From assembly GCA_946415345.1 (NCBI GenBank), contig CAMKRY010000001.1, positions 2,115 through 66,114 of the forward strand: a DNA stretch of 64,000 bases. The letters run 5' to 3'. Numbering within the stretch: position 1 is the stretch's first letter; each line of letters starts with the position of its first letter. Below, in pieces: positions 8,409 through 17,487 of the stretch. Made by a program: the position numbers and the translations under genes. This stretch comes from an uncultured Bacteroidales bacterium (GTDB lineage Bacteria > Bacteroidota > Bacteroidia > Bacteroidales > UBA932). Below the pieces are notes generated by a model. That model did not search any database and was not told the DNA's origin. It saw only the letters and a program-made list of their open reading frames with translations.

Positions 8409-9536
8409 TTATTCTTCCCTGACCGGATTGGCGTAGATGCGGAGGAAGCGGTCGCGGAGGGCGTCAGGGTCGAGGCCCTGGCCGGCGACGGAGGCGAGCT
8501 GGTGCTCCATGTAGGCGAGGAACTGGGCCTTGGAGGCAGGGGAGTAATGCTCTGCGTGGGCCTCGTTGCCGTCGAGGATGTCGCGGGCGATGTAGTTCGT
8601 GTCCCAGAGGCGGTAGCCGGCGTCGATGCGCTCGTCGAGGAGGGCGCAGAGAGCCTTGGCGCGCTCGGGCCTCGGGAGGGCGGCGATGGTGTCGATCTCG
8701 GCGTCCGTGAGGGCCTTGCCGAACTGGAGATGGACGCGGCCCTTGGGCTGGCGGATGCCGGTCAGGATGCTGTGGAGGTCCTCGCCGGGCTGCTTGACGT
8801 ACTTGACGCCGCTTTCCTTGATGAGGGTCTCGCGGGCCTTCAGGAGGTCGCAGGGCTCGAGTTCGTAGGAAATGCTCAGCGGGACGATGCGGAGGGCCTT
8901 GTAGGTCTCGGCGAAGTCGGCGGTGCCGCTCATGCCGAGCATCTTGATGAGGGCCTCCTCGGTGCCGTCGCGGCCGTCTTTGGTGCGGCCCTGGCGCTGG
9001 GCGAGCCAGACGGAGCTGCGGCCGGTGGTGATGCTTTCGCGGATGTAGATCGACAGCGTCGCGAGGGCGTCATAGAGTTCGCGACCGGAGATGCCGCGCT
9101 TGACTTTGACCATGCGGTTGGAGCGGATCAGATCCTCGACGAGGGGATCGCTGAGAAGGTTGTCGCCGACGCAGATTTCCGTTGTCGGCAGGTTGCACTG
9201 GACGAGCACCTCCTGCGTGATGGCGGGGTCCAGGACGATGTCGCGATGGTCCGACAGGAAGAGGTGGCAGCCCTCGGGGAGATCCTCCGTGCCGGCGTAG
9301 GAGAAGGCGGTCGTCGTGGTCTCGAGGATGCGGCGGACGGCGGGATCCATGACCTTGTGCTGGAAGTCGTCCACGCCCGTAACCCCGTTCAGGATGTCGC
9401 TGAGGGCCGTTTCCGGCAGCTCGGGGAAGAGATAGCGGGAAATCTGCGCCGCTACGGGATGGGCCGCTACACGTCGGAGGGCGGCAACGGCTTCGGGGTC
9501 GTTGTAGGGGCGGATGTCGTCAAAGGCAGGGTTCAT
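8409..9536 (-). CDS. glycerol-3-phosphate/LPLAT family acyltransferase
   Basis: FDDIRPY N-terminus, HRDIVLD (HxxxxD), QRQGRTKDG, SYELEPCD. Confidence 0.85.
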   Translation of the reverse strand: MNPAFDDIRPYNDPEAVAALRRVAAHPVAAQISRYLFPELPETALSDILNGVTGVDDFQHKVMDPAVRRILETTTTAFSYAGTEDLPEGCHLFLSDHRDIVLDPAITQEVLVQCNLPTTEICVGDNLLSDPLVEDLIRSNRMVKVKRGISGRELYDALATLSIYIRESITTGRSSVWLAQRQGRTKDGRDGTEEALIKMLGMSGTADFAETYKALRIVPLSISYELEPCDLLKARETLIKESGVKYVKQPGEDLHSILTGIRQPKGRVHLQFGKALTDAEIDTIAALPRPERAKALCALLDERIDAGYRLWDTNYIARDILDGNEAHAEHYSPASKAQFLAYMEHQLASVAGQGLDPDALRDRFLRIYANPVREE

Positions 9537-9543
9537 AGGCGGA

Positions 9544-10839
9544 TTATTCAAGGCCGGCGCGCACCAGCAGGGAGCTGTCGCCGTAGCTGAGGAATCGGAA
9601 TTGGTGCGAGAGGGCGTAATCGTAGATGCGGTGCCAGTCGTCGCCGACGAAGGCAGCGATCAGCAGCAGGAGCGTGCTTTCGCTCTGGTGGAAATTGGTA
9701 ACCATATAGTCCACGAGGCGGAACCGGAAGCCCGGGACGATGATGATGCGGGTACCGATGCGGAGCTCGCTGGCGCCATGGGATTCGAGGTAGGAGATGA
9801 TGGCGTCGAGGGCCTCGTCGGTGGAGATCTCATGAGATTTTGTCACATTCGTGACATCTCTCGTGGGCTCAGTGCCTTTGCCGACTCGGGTCTCGACTTC
9901 GCTCGAAATGACAAAGGGCTCGTAGGGATCCCACTGGGCGACGTCGGAGGGCTCGCCGTCGCGGAGGATGCGGGCGCCGGCGTAGTAGAGGGACTCGAGG
10001 GTGCGGACGGAGGTCGTACCGACGGCAATCAGCCGGCCTTGACGGTGGCGGATGGCCTTCAGCAACTCCAGGCTCACGGAAAACGGCTCCCGGTGCATCG
10101 TATGGCCGGCAATCTCGGAGGATTTCACGGGCAGGAAGGTGCCGGCGCCGACATGGAGGCAGACCTTGCGAATGTCCACGTTGCGGGCCCTGATGTCCTC
10201 CAGGACGGCGTCCGTGAAATGCAGGCCGGCGGTCGGAGCCGCCACGGAGCCGCGGATGCGCGCGTAGAGCGTCTGGTAGCGCTCGCTGTCAATGGCCTCG
10301 GATTCGCGGTTGAGATAGGGCGGAATCGGGATCGTTCCACAGATTTCCAGCACCCTGGAGAAGGGGTCGGGGGAGTCCCAGGTGAAACGGACCGTGCCGG
10401 TGCGCTCATCGCGGCCGAGGAGTTCGGCGCGCAGGTTCATGGCGCTGACGACTGGGTCGTTTTCGGGGTTCAGCAAGGTCAAGATGTCGTTTTTCCATCG
10501 CTTGGCGTTGCCGATTACGCATTTCCAGGCGCAGGTGCCGACTGCGGCGAAATTGAGGTTGTAGTCCGTCGGATCGGCCGGCTCGAGGCAGAAAATCTCT
10601 ATCTGTGCACCGGTTTCCCGCTGGAAATGGAGCCTGGCCGGAACGACACGGGTCTCGTTGAAGATCATCAGCGATCCTTCCGGCAGGAAAGAGGGGAGAG
10701 AGCGGAATACGTCTTCCAGTATCTCGCCCTTATGATAATAGAGGAGTTTCGATGCATCTCTCTGCTCGAGCGGATATTTGGCAATCCGGTCGTCGGTCAG
10801 GGGATAGCGGTAATCCTCCATATGAATCTCAGGAATCAT
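9544..10839 (-). CDS. queA: S-adenosylmethionine:tRNA ribosyltransferase-isomerase
   Basis: IPPYL, YQTLYA, GSVAAPTAGLHFT, LHVGAGTF, AVGTTSVRTLES, TNFH, FLSYGD. Confidence 0.95.
   Translation of the reverse strand: MIPEIHMEDYRYPLTDDRIAKYPLEQRDASKLLYYHKGEILEDVFRSLPSFLPEGSLMIFNETRVVPARLHFQRETGAQIEIFCLEPADPTDYNLNFAAVGTCAWKCVIGNAKRWKNDILTLLNPENDPVVSAMNLRAELLGRDERTGTVRFTWDSPDPFSRVLEICGTIPIPPYLNRESEAIDSERYQTLYARIRGSVAAPTAGLHFTDAVLEDIRARNVDIRKVCLHVGAGTFLPVKSSEIAGHTMHREPFSVSLELLKAIRHRQGRLIAVGTTSVRTLESLYYAGARILRDGEPSDVAQWDPYEPFVISSEVETRVGKGTEPTRDVTNVTKSHEISTDEALDAIISYLESHGASELRIGTRIIIVPGFRFRLVDYMVTNFHQSESTLLLLIAAFVGDDWHRIYDYALSHQFRFLSYGDSSLLVRAGLE
9824..9913 (-). repeat. REP type A with nested hairpin, in frame within queA
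   Basis: Minus strand TGTCATTTCGAGCGAAGTCGAGA...GAGATCT; inner TGTCAC-ATTC-GTGACA stem. Confidence 0.7.
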
Positions 10840-11319
10840 TCTTCGCGTATTGCAAAAATTCTACTGCGAAATTACACAATCTCGCGCAATTATTCAAACA
10901 AGCACTCTCTGTTCAGTTATCTAAACAATAGTTCGTGTATTTTACTCCATTTTTGCAAACGGTTTTAGAATCTTTACTTTAGGTTCTTGATTCTTCGTAA
11001 TTGTTTTAATAAGATTTTTTTATGTTATTTTTGCATAAAATGCAACTTATGTAAAATCAGTAATTTACTAGTTATTATATATACCTTTAGTAAAATAAAT
11101 ATTTAGGAAATTAAACGCAGTTCGGCGGAAAACCTATATAAAACAATTAATTAGTCATGTTTAATTAGCCAATTATCAGTTATATATATATTTTCTTCTT
11201 TATTTCTACTTTATGTGTTAATAGGCCTTATTTGCCATTTTGGGGCTAATGGTGGTTCTTTGTTTCCCCTTGCTTTTCTCCTGCTTTCTTTTTATTTTTG
11301 TGAAAAATTGTTTTCAAAA
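10840..11319. promoter_or_regulatory. very AT-rich 480-bp divergent intergenic region
   Basis: Sharp drop in GC; TATTTTTG box before the HTH start; TGTAAAAT and AATTATCAG motifs. Confidence 0.5.
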
Positions 11320-11694
11320 ATGAACAAGCGTTTGCTGCAGTTTTTAGCGGCCGAAAACATTACACAGACCCAGTTGGCGGAAACCCTCGATGTCGCGAAG
11401 GCCTCCGTTTCCAACATTTTAGCGGGCAGGAACCGTCCAGGCTATGATTTTATCGAATCGCTGATGCTCCACTACCCCTCGCTGAACATCGAGTGGCTGA
11501 TCACGGGAAAAGGCCGTATGTATCGCTCAGAGGCCGATTCTTCCCTCCCGGAGGACGGCTCTGCGGGATTATTATCTTCTACAGCTGAAGTACCAACTAT
11601 AGATAAAGTTAAGCAAACAATTGTAAATCAGCGCAAAATTACTTCAATCTGCGTCTTTTTCGATGACGGAACCTTCCAGGAGATCCGTGTTTGA
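11320..11694 (+). CDS. XRE-family helix-turn-helix protein
   Basis: ITQTQLAETLDVAKASVSNILAGRNRPG, EWLITGKG, C-terminal ICVFFDDGTFQE. Confidence 0.88.
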   Translation: MNKRLLQFLAAENITQTQLAETLDVAKASVSNILAGRNRPGYDFIESLMLHYPSLNIEWLITGKGRMYRSEADSSLPEDGSAGLLSSTAEVPTIDKVKQTIVNQRKITSICVFFDDGTFQEIRV

Positions 11695-11752
11695 GATGTG
11701 CATTTTCCCGGGCTGGTTATGAAATCCCCGGGATTTTGTGTATTTTTGCCTT

Positions 11753-12811
11753 ATGTTATACAAACTGCTGGTCAGACCGGTCCTGTCCCTTTTCCCGCCG
11801 GAGTCTTCGACAGGCGTACTGCTGCGGATGCTGAAAGGCGCCCGTCGCCTGCCGCTGGTCGCTCCGATCATCCGGGCAGGGCACCGCGTGAAAGACAAGT
11901 CCCTTGAGAAGGAGGTTTTCGGCATCCGTTTTTCGGCACCTGTCGGCGTTGCCGCGGGGCTGGACCGTTCGGGTGAGTATGCCGATCTTTTCTCCGATTT
12001 CGGCTTTTCTTTCATTGAAATTGGCTCCCTGACACCGCTTCCGCAGGACGTTGAGCCCCGGCCCAGGGTTTTCACCCTCCCGCGCGACAAGGCGCTCCTG
12101 AGCCGGACCGGCAACCCCAACAAAGGTGTCCAGCAGGCCATATCCGTCCTTTCCCGGCGCAATCCCAACCCTCGTACGCCCATCAGGATCGGCGTCAACA
12201 TCTCTGCCAATGCCCGAAGCCTCACAGACGAGGCCATCGTTTCGGATTATCGTACCTCCTTCGCGCAAATGTACGATTTCGCGGACTTTTTTGTCGTGAA
12301 TCTGACGGATTCGAGACGCCCGGATGCGGGCCTGCAGGCCGATACGGACTTGATGTCGGAGGTGCTGGACGAACTGCTGGAAATGCGCCTGGTCTATGAC
12401 GGCTACAAGCCCATCCTTCTGAAAATCTCTTCCGACCTGATGCCGGATCTACTCGATACCATCCTCGATTACGCGCTCCTTTCCGGCATCGACGGCATCG
12501 TCGCCGGCGGTCCTGCAGGGAGGAGCGCCGAACTGAAAACATCCCCCCAGCGGCTTCAGGAGCTGGGTGAAGGCGGCATTTCCGGCCGTCCCGCTTTCCA
12601 GGGCATGCTGGAGACCGTCCGTCATATCTCCGCCCGCAGCAAGGGTCGTCTGCCCGTTGTCGCCTGTGGCGGCATCCTGAGCCCGGAAGACGCCGAGATG
12701 GCCCTGGAAGCCGGTGCTTCGCTGGTGGAAGTCTATTCCGCCATTTGGTACCAGGGGCCGAAAATCGCCAAGAAAACCCATGACCACATCCTCCATCTGC
12801 ACGATCGGTGA
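11753..12811 (+). CDS. class 2 dihydroorotate dehydrogenase homologue with degenerate active site
   Basis: PVGVAAGLDR, FIEIGSLT, IGVNI, LLKIS, GGISG, ACGGI, VYS; lacks NRMGF, NISSPNT and TNTT. Confidence 0.8.
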   Translation: MLYKLLVRPVLSLFPPESSTGVLLRMLKGARRLPLVAPIIRAGHRVKDKSLEKEVFGIRFSAPVGVAAGLDRSGEYADLFSDFGFSFIEIGSLTPLPQDVEPRPRVFTLPRDKALLSRTGNPNKGVQQAISVLSRRNPNPRTPIRIGVNISANARSLTDEAIVSDYRTSFAQMYDFADFFVVNLTDSRRPDAGLQADTDLMSEVLDELLEMRLVYDGYKPILLKISSDLMPDLLDTILDYALLSGIDGIVAGGPAGRSAELKTSPQRLQELGEGGISGRPAFQGMLETVRHISARSKGRLPVVACGGILSPEDAEMALEAGASLVEVYSAIWYQGPKIAKKTHDHILHLHDR

Positions 12812-14033
12812 TGAGATTCTCATCGGCCAGGTCGTCGACACCAATTCCTCCCGGATTTCCCGCGCCCTCGGCGAACTAGGCATCCGGACTTCGCGCATGC
12901 TTTCCATAGGAGATTGCCGTGAGGACATCATCAACAATCTCCGTAAGGAGCTGTCTCAGAGCGATATTGTTATAGTCACCGGCGGCTTGGGCCCCACGAA
13001 GGACGATATTACCAAAGACGCTCTTCGCGAGCTTTCCGGCAGCCAGGGATACTATGAACATCCCGGCCAGCTGGCGAAGGTCCATGAAATCCTCCGCAGT
13101 CGCGGCCTGGACGTCCTTGACATCAACCGTGCACAGGCGCTTGTCCCCGATCGCGCGGAAGTCATCGTCAACCGCCTGGGAACGGCTCCCATTATGGTTT
13201 TCCGCCTCGAGGGCGGCAAAACCCTCTACGCCCTTCCCGGCGTTCCTTTCGAGGCTGTCGGGGCTCTCCCGGACGTGCTGGCCGACATTCAGGCCCATTA
13301 TCCACTGGAGAAGATCCGCCACCGCAACATCATGGTCTACGGCATCGCCGAGTCCGCCCTGTCCAAGAAGATCGAGGCCTGGGAGACAGCCCTGCCGGCG
13401 GACATGCACCTGGCTTATCTGCCGGATCCGCTTACGGGCATCCGTCTGCGCCTTTCGCAGTTCGGCGGGGGAGAGGACGGAGATCAGGCCCTGGAGGCCC
13501 AAATCGGGGCTTTAAAGGCCCTTCTTGGGGCTCTGGTGTACTCGGACCAGGATGACCGCCTGGAATGCGTCGTAGGCCGTCTTCTGAAGGCTGCCGGCCA
13601 AACCCTCTCTGCCGCAGAATCCTGCACGGGAGGAGAGATTGCCCACATGCTGACCGGCGTCCCCGGCAGCTCCGCATATTTCCTCGGTTCCGTGACTTCC
13701 TATGCCATCGCTGTCAAGGAGAGCGTCCTCGGCGTCCCGGCGGAGACCATCGACCGCTTCGGCGTGGTCAGTTCCGAGGTCGCCGCCGCCATGGCCGAAG
13801 GCGTCCGACGCCTGACCGGCAGCGACTGGTCCGTCGCCACGACCGGCCTCGCCGGACCCGACGGCGACGGGGTCAATCCGGTCGGAACGGTATGGATTGC
13901 GGTCGCTTCCAAGGTCGGAACGGTCACTGCGATGCGTCAATATAAAAACGACCGTTTGCACAATATCGAGCGTTTCGCAGCCTCCGCCCTTGATTTATTA
14001 CGCCTGGAAATCCAAAAACAATTAAATCGCTGA
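12780..14033 (+). CDS. cinA: CinA (MoCF-like domain plus NMN deamidase PncC)
   Basis: IGDEILIGQVVDTN, GGLGPTKDD, LPGVP, AESCTGG, TTGLAGP. Confidence 0.92.
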   Translation: MTTSSICTIGDEILIGQVVDTNSSRISRALGELGIRTSRMLSIGDCREDIINNLRKELSQSDIVIVTGGLGPTKDDITKDALRELSGSQGYYEHPGQLAKVHEILRSRGLDVLDINRAQALVPDRAEVIVNRLGTAPIMVFRLEGGKTLYALPGVPFEAVGALPDVLADIQAHYPLEKIRHRNIMVYGIAESALSKKIEAWETALPADMHLAYLPDPLTGIRLRLSQFGGGEDGDQALEAQIGALKALLGALVYSDQDDRLECVVGRLLKAAGQTLSAAESCTGGEIAHMLTGVPGSSAYFLGSVTSYAIAVKESVLGVPAETIDRFGVVSSEVAAAMAEGVRRLTGSDWSVATTGLAGPDGDGVNPVGTVWIAVASKVGTVTAMRQYKNDRLHNIERFAASALDLLRLEIQKQLNR

Positions 14034-14115
14034 TAATTCATTAATAAAACAATATTGTTAAATGCCGTAACATATTTGTTTCAAAACGGTTAAATATTGA
14101 TTATCAACGCATTCT

Positions 14116-14162
14116 AAAAAACGATCCCGACCCTCAAATCGAGGGGCGGGATTCGTCTTTTT
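14116..14162. terminator. bidirectional intrinsic terminator
   Basis: GC stem 14121-14156 flanked by A and T runs between convergent cinA and mscS. Confidence 0.65.
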
Positions 14163-14173
14163 GACTATTTTAC

Positions 14174-14200
14174 AGATGCCCGATCAGGTCGGGCATGACG
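14174..14200 (-). repeat. REP type B
   Basis: Exact reverse complement of 2603-2629. Confidence 0.85.
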
Positions 14201-14228
14201 GTAAATATGCTGCACGTAGCAGCATAAG

Positions 14229-15158
14229 TTAGCTCTGTTTGATGTGAACGTCGAGCTGCGGGAACGGGAAGGTAACGCCCTTCTTGGGGAGCTCGGTGTA
14301 GAGCGTCTCGTTCAGGAAGAAGAAGACGTCCCAGTAGTTTTCGGCACGGGTCCACGCGCGGACTACGTAGGTGACGCTGGTCTGCTTCAGATCGAGGACG
14401 GCGACGAACGGATCGGCGGCGCCTTCGGTCTTGCCGTTCAGAATCTTCGGGTTCGATGCGATGACCTCGAGGATGGCGGCTTTGGCCTTGTCTGCGTCGA
14501 CGCCGTAGGAGATGTTGATCTCGCGGTCCACGCGACGGAGGTCCTTCGAGGAATAGTTCAGGATGTTGCCGCCGGAGAGGGCACCGTTGGGGAGAATGAC
14601 GATGCGGTTGTCGAGGGTCAGAAGCTTCGTGGAAACCATAGAAACTTCCTGGACGATACCGGCAAAACCTAAAGCTTCGATGTAATCACCGGCCTTGAAA
14701 GGCTTGAAAGCCAAAATCATAATGCCTCCGGCAAAGTTCTGCACCGTGCCGCCGAGAGCCATACCGATGGCCATGCCGCCGGCAGCCAGGAGGGCCGCCA
14801 GAGAGCTGGTGTTGACGCCGAGGGAACCGACCGTGAGGATGATGATGATCACCCAGAGACCGATGGTGACGACGCTGACCGTGAAGGTGGCGATGGTCTT
14901 GTCCGTGCCTTTGCGTTCGAAGCCTCGTTTGAGGAGCTTCTTGATGCGGCGGACAATCCAGCCGCCGATGATGTAGATCGCGAGGGCGGCCAGGACCTTG
15001 AGACCGAAATTGATAGCTTCCTGGCCCAGACTGGTCATCAGTTCCTGCGGAGTGCTGGACGTGATGGTCTCTCGAATTGTCTGGACGCCTGCCTGCAGGG
15101 AATCCTGGCTGGCGAGTTTCTCGCCGAGCGGTGTCAAATCCTGTAAGAATGGAATCAT
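14229..15158 (-). CDS. mscS: small-conductance mechanosensitive channel
   Basis: AIGMALGGTVQNFAGG, KPFKAGD, LPNG, FPFPQLDVH. Confidence 0.9.
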   Translation of the reverse strand: MIPFLQDLTPLGEKLASQDSLQAGVQTIRETITSSTPQELMTSLGQEAINFGLKVLAALAIYIIGGWIVRRIKKLLKRGFERKGTDKTIATFTVSVVTIGLWVIIIILTVGSLGVNTSSLAALLAAGGMAIGMALGGTVQNFAGGIMILAFKPFKAGDYIEALGFAGIVQEVSMVSTKLLTLDNRIVILPNGALSGGNILNYSSKDLRRVDREINISYGVDADKAKAAILEVIASNPKILNGKTEGAADPFVAVLDLKQTSVTYVVRAWTRAENYWDVFFFLNETLYTELPKKGVTFPFPQLDVHIKQS

Positions 15159-15179
15159 ATGCGTAGTGTTTTGGTGTTA

Positions 15180-16469
15180 TCAGTCAAACAGACGGCTGAC
15201 CTGATCGATGATCTGGTCCTCCGGGAGATCGGGGCTGAGGACGAGGTCCGGAACGGCCATGAAATAGCCGCCGGCCTTGGCGCTTTCCTCGCCGCCGCCG
15301 GTGCAGTTGAGCATGACGATCTCGTTTTTCTTGACGCTGCCGTCCTTGACGGCCATGGCAAGGGAGGCCACGGCGCAGGCTGCTGCGGAATAGATGTCGA
15401 TGTGCTCGAGGGCGTTGAATTTGCGCTTCCAGTAGTTGATTTCCTCGTTGGTGACCTTGTACATGTCGCCCTTGGAGTCCTCGAGGGCATCGAACAAACC
15501 GCCCGCAAGACTGTACGGAGGTTTGCGGTTGGACAGCACCTTGGCGTCAATCTCGGCGGCCTTCATGCGGCCTTCCTCGGCGGTCATGGGCACAAGGGCG
15601 CGCTGGTGGGCCTTCCAGCTGTCGTACATCAGCGAGAAGGGGGCGTTCTGGGCGGCATAGAGGCGGGTCTTCTTGCGGCCGAAGCGGCCGTCGTCAATGA
15701 GGCGGAGGTTGTTCTCCCAGACGGCGATGGTGCCGGTGCCGGAGCCGACGGCCTGGAAATAGGCGTCGGGCAGCTCGCCGATGGCCTCGACGGCGCTCAG
15801 GAGGGTCGTTCCCATGCCATCGCGGCGGGCGACATTCTTGGCACCGCCCTCGGCGAGGAAGCGTTCGCTGCGGCAGAGCTTGTCTCCGAGCTGGATGGCG
15901 TCGAAATAGTCCGATCCACGGGGGCTGGAAATGATCTTGACGCAGGGACGGAGGCGCTTGTGGAACCACAGGGCGTCGATATTGTCGCGGGGGATGCAGA
16001 TGACGATAGGGATGTTGTTGTCCGAGCAGACCTGCGCGAAGGCGCGGGCAGTGTTGCCGGCACTCTGGACGACGAGGATCTTGTCGGTCTTTTTCGGCAG
16101 GCGGGCGCAGACGGAATAGGCTTCCGTGGCCTTGAACGAGCAGGTGGCGACTTCGGCGCCGATTTCAGGGGCGTAGCCGGTGAAGGTGATGTAGAGATTC
16201 TTCAGGCCGAGTTCCCGGGCGAGTCCCTTGCTCCGGTAGGTGACGGGACCCTGGGCATTCTTCAGGATGCGGCGGATCGGCAGCCAGGAGGCGTAGCGGT
16301 AGATGCCTTCCAGGTCTTCCCTGGGGGTGAAGAGCTTTTCATTGTAGACGGCCCTGACAAGGGAAGGGGAGGCGGATTCGGGATCCACGAGGGTCCAGCC
16401 TTTGTCCTTGAAGACGCGGCCGTCGGCCACGTTCATCAGTTCGTACTGAGTGGGGGTAAATCTGGGCAT
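15180..16469 (-). CDS. cysteate synthase (threonine synthase-like PLP enzyme)
   Basis: TCSFK PLP lysine, SAGNTARAF, NVARRDGMGT, FQAVGSGTG, VLSNRKPPY, LNCTGGG. Confidence 0.8.
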   Translation of the reverse strand: MPRFTPTQYELMNVADGRVFKDKGWTLVDPESASPSLVRAVYNEKLFTPREDLEGIYRYASWLPIRRILKNAQGPVTYRSKGLARELGLKNLYITFTGYAPEIGAEVATCSFKATEAYSVCARLPKKTDKILVVQSAGNTARAFAQVCSDNNIPIVICIPRDNIDALWFHKRLRPCVKIISSPRGSDYFDAIQLGDKLCRSERFLAEGGAKNVARRDGMGTTLLSAVEAIGELPDAYFQAVGSGTGTIAVWENNLRLIDDGRFGRKKTRLYAAQNAPFSLMYDSWKAHQRALVPMTAEEGRMKAAEIDAKVLSNRKPPYSLAGGLFDALEDSKGDMYKVTNEEINYWKRKFNALEHIDIYSAAACAVASLAMAVKDGSVKKNEIVMLNCTGGGEESAKAGGYFMAVPDLVLSPDLPEDQIIDQVSRLFD

Positions 16470-16475
16470 ATTCTC

Positions 16476-17435
16476 TTATAAATTATATATCAACCAGGAC
16501 ATGTAGCCGAGCCAGGTCAGCAGGAGCAGGGCTCCGTCGAAGCGGTCCAGCTTGTTGTTGCGGCCGGTCCAGGAAGCGGTCGCCAGCAGGATGCCGGCTA
16601 CCAGCAGCACCACCGCGTCGGCCCGGTCCATGCCGTTGAAAGACAACGGGGTCAGGAGGCCGGAAATGCCGAGGATCAGCAGGAGATTGAAAATGTTCGA
16701 GCCGATGATGTTGCCAAGGGCGAGCTGCCCCTTCTTTTTCGCGGCAGCGACTATGCAGGTAGCGAGTTCGGGCAGGGACGTGCCGATGGCGAGGACCGTA
16801 ATGGCGATGAATTTGTCGGAGGCACCGAGCATCCGGGCCAGGTGCGTGGCGCTGTTGACGAAGAGACGTCCGCCGAAGATCAGCGCCAGCAGGCCGAGGA
16901 GAATCATCAGCAGGGACAGCCACAGGGGGCTGATCTTGCCGGTCTCCTCATCCTCGGACGTCTTTCCGCTGCGGAGCATCCACCAGATGTAACCGGCGAA
17001 GGCTACGAGGAGGATCCCCGCGTCCAGGCGGCTGAGCGTATTGTCGCCGAAACCCAGCAGGGCGCCGGTCATGCCGAGCCCGAAGACCAGGACCGTGACG
17101 CCAAGGTGCATCGGGATGTCGATGCGGCGGTTGCTGCGGGTGATCAGCATCGGGAAGATCAAGGCCGTGATGCCGAGCCCGAAGAGGGTGTTGATGATGT
17201 TGGAACCCACGACGTTGCCGACGGCGATGTCTGCGTTGCCTTCCACGGCGCCGACCAGGCTGACCACCAGCTCCGGCGCGGATGTGCCGATGCCGACGAT
17301 CGTCATGCCGATGACGAATTCGCTGATGCGGAAGCGTCGGGCGATGCTCGAAGCACCGTCGACAAGCTTGTCCGCGCCGATTACGATCAGCGCCAGACCC
17401 AGCAGCAGAAGCAGTATGACCTGTGCGGTTTCCAT
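16476..17435 (-). CDS. calcium/sodium antiporter (YrbG/CaCA family)
   Basis: Two alpha repeats GTSAPE..GNVVGSN and GTSLPE..GNIIGSN. Confidence 0.92.
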   Translation of the reverse strand: METAQVILLLLLGLALIVIGADKLVDGASSIARRFRISEFVIGMTIVGIGTSAPELVVSLVGAVEGNADIAVGNVVGSNIINTLFGLGITALIFPMLITRSNRRIDIPMHLGVTVLVFGLGMTGALLGFGDNTLSRLDAGILLVAFAGYIWWMLRSGKTSEDEETGKISPLWLSLLMILLGLLALIFGGRLFVNSATHLARMLGASDKFIAITVLAIGTSLPELATCIVAAAKKKGQLALGNIIGSNIFNLLLILGISGLLTPLSFNGMDRADAVVLLVAGILLATASWTGRNNKLDRFDGALLLLTWLGYMSWLIYNL

Positions 17436-17451
17436 CTTTGCTCCAATCAAA

Positions 17452-17481
17452 CAAAGATAATCATTTTTCTTTGTATCTTTG
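17452..17481. promoter_or_regulatory. back-to-back -7 promoter boxes
   Basis: CAAAGATA (17452, minus-strand TATCTTTG) and TATCTTTG (17474) in a 52-bp divergent gap. Confidence 0.5.
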
Positions 17482-17487
17482 CGCTAT

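Noticed and set aside
10840-11319. oriC
   Set aside because: No cluster of good DnaA boxes (only scattered relaxed matches), no dnaA/dnaN/gidA nearby, and a dif-like site lies 18 kb away
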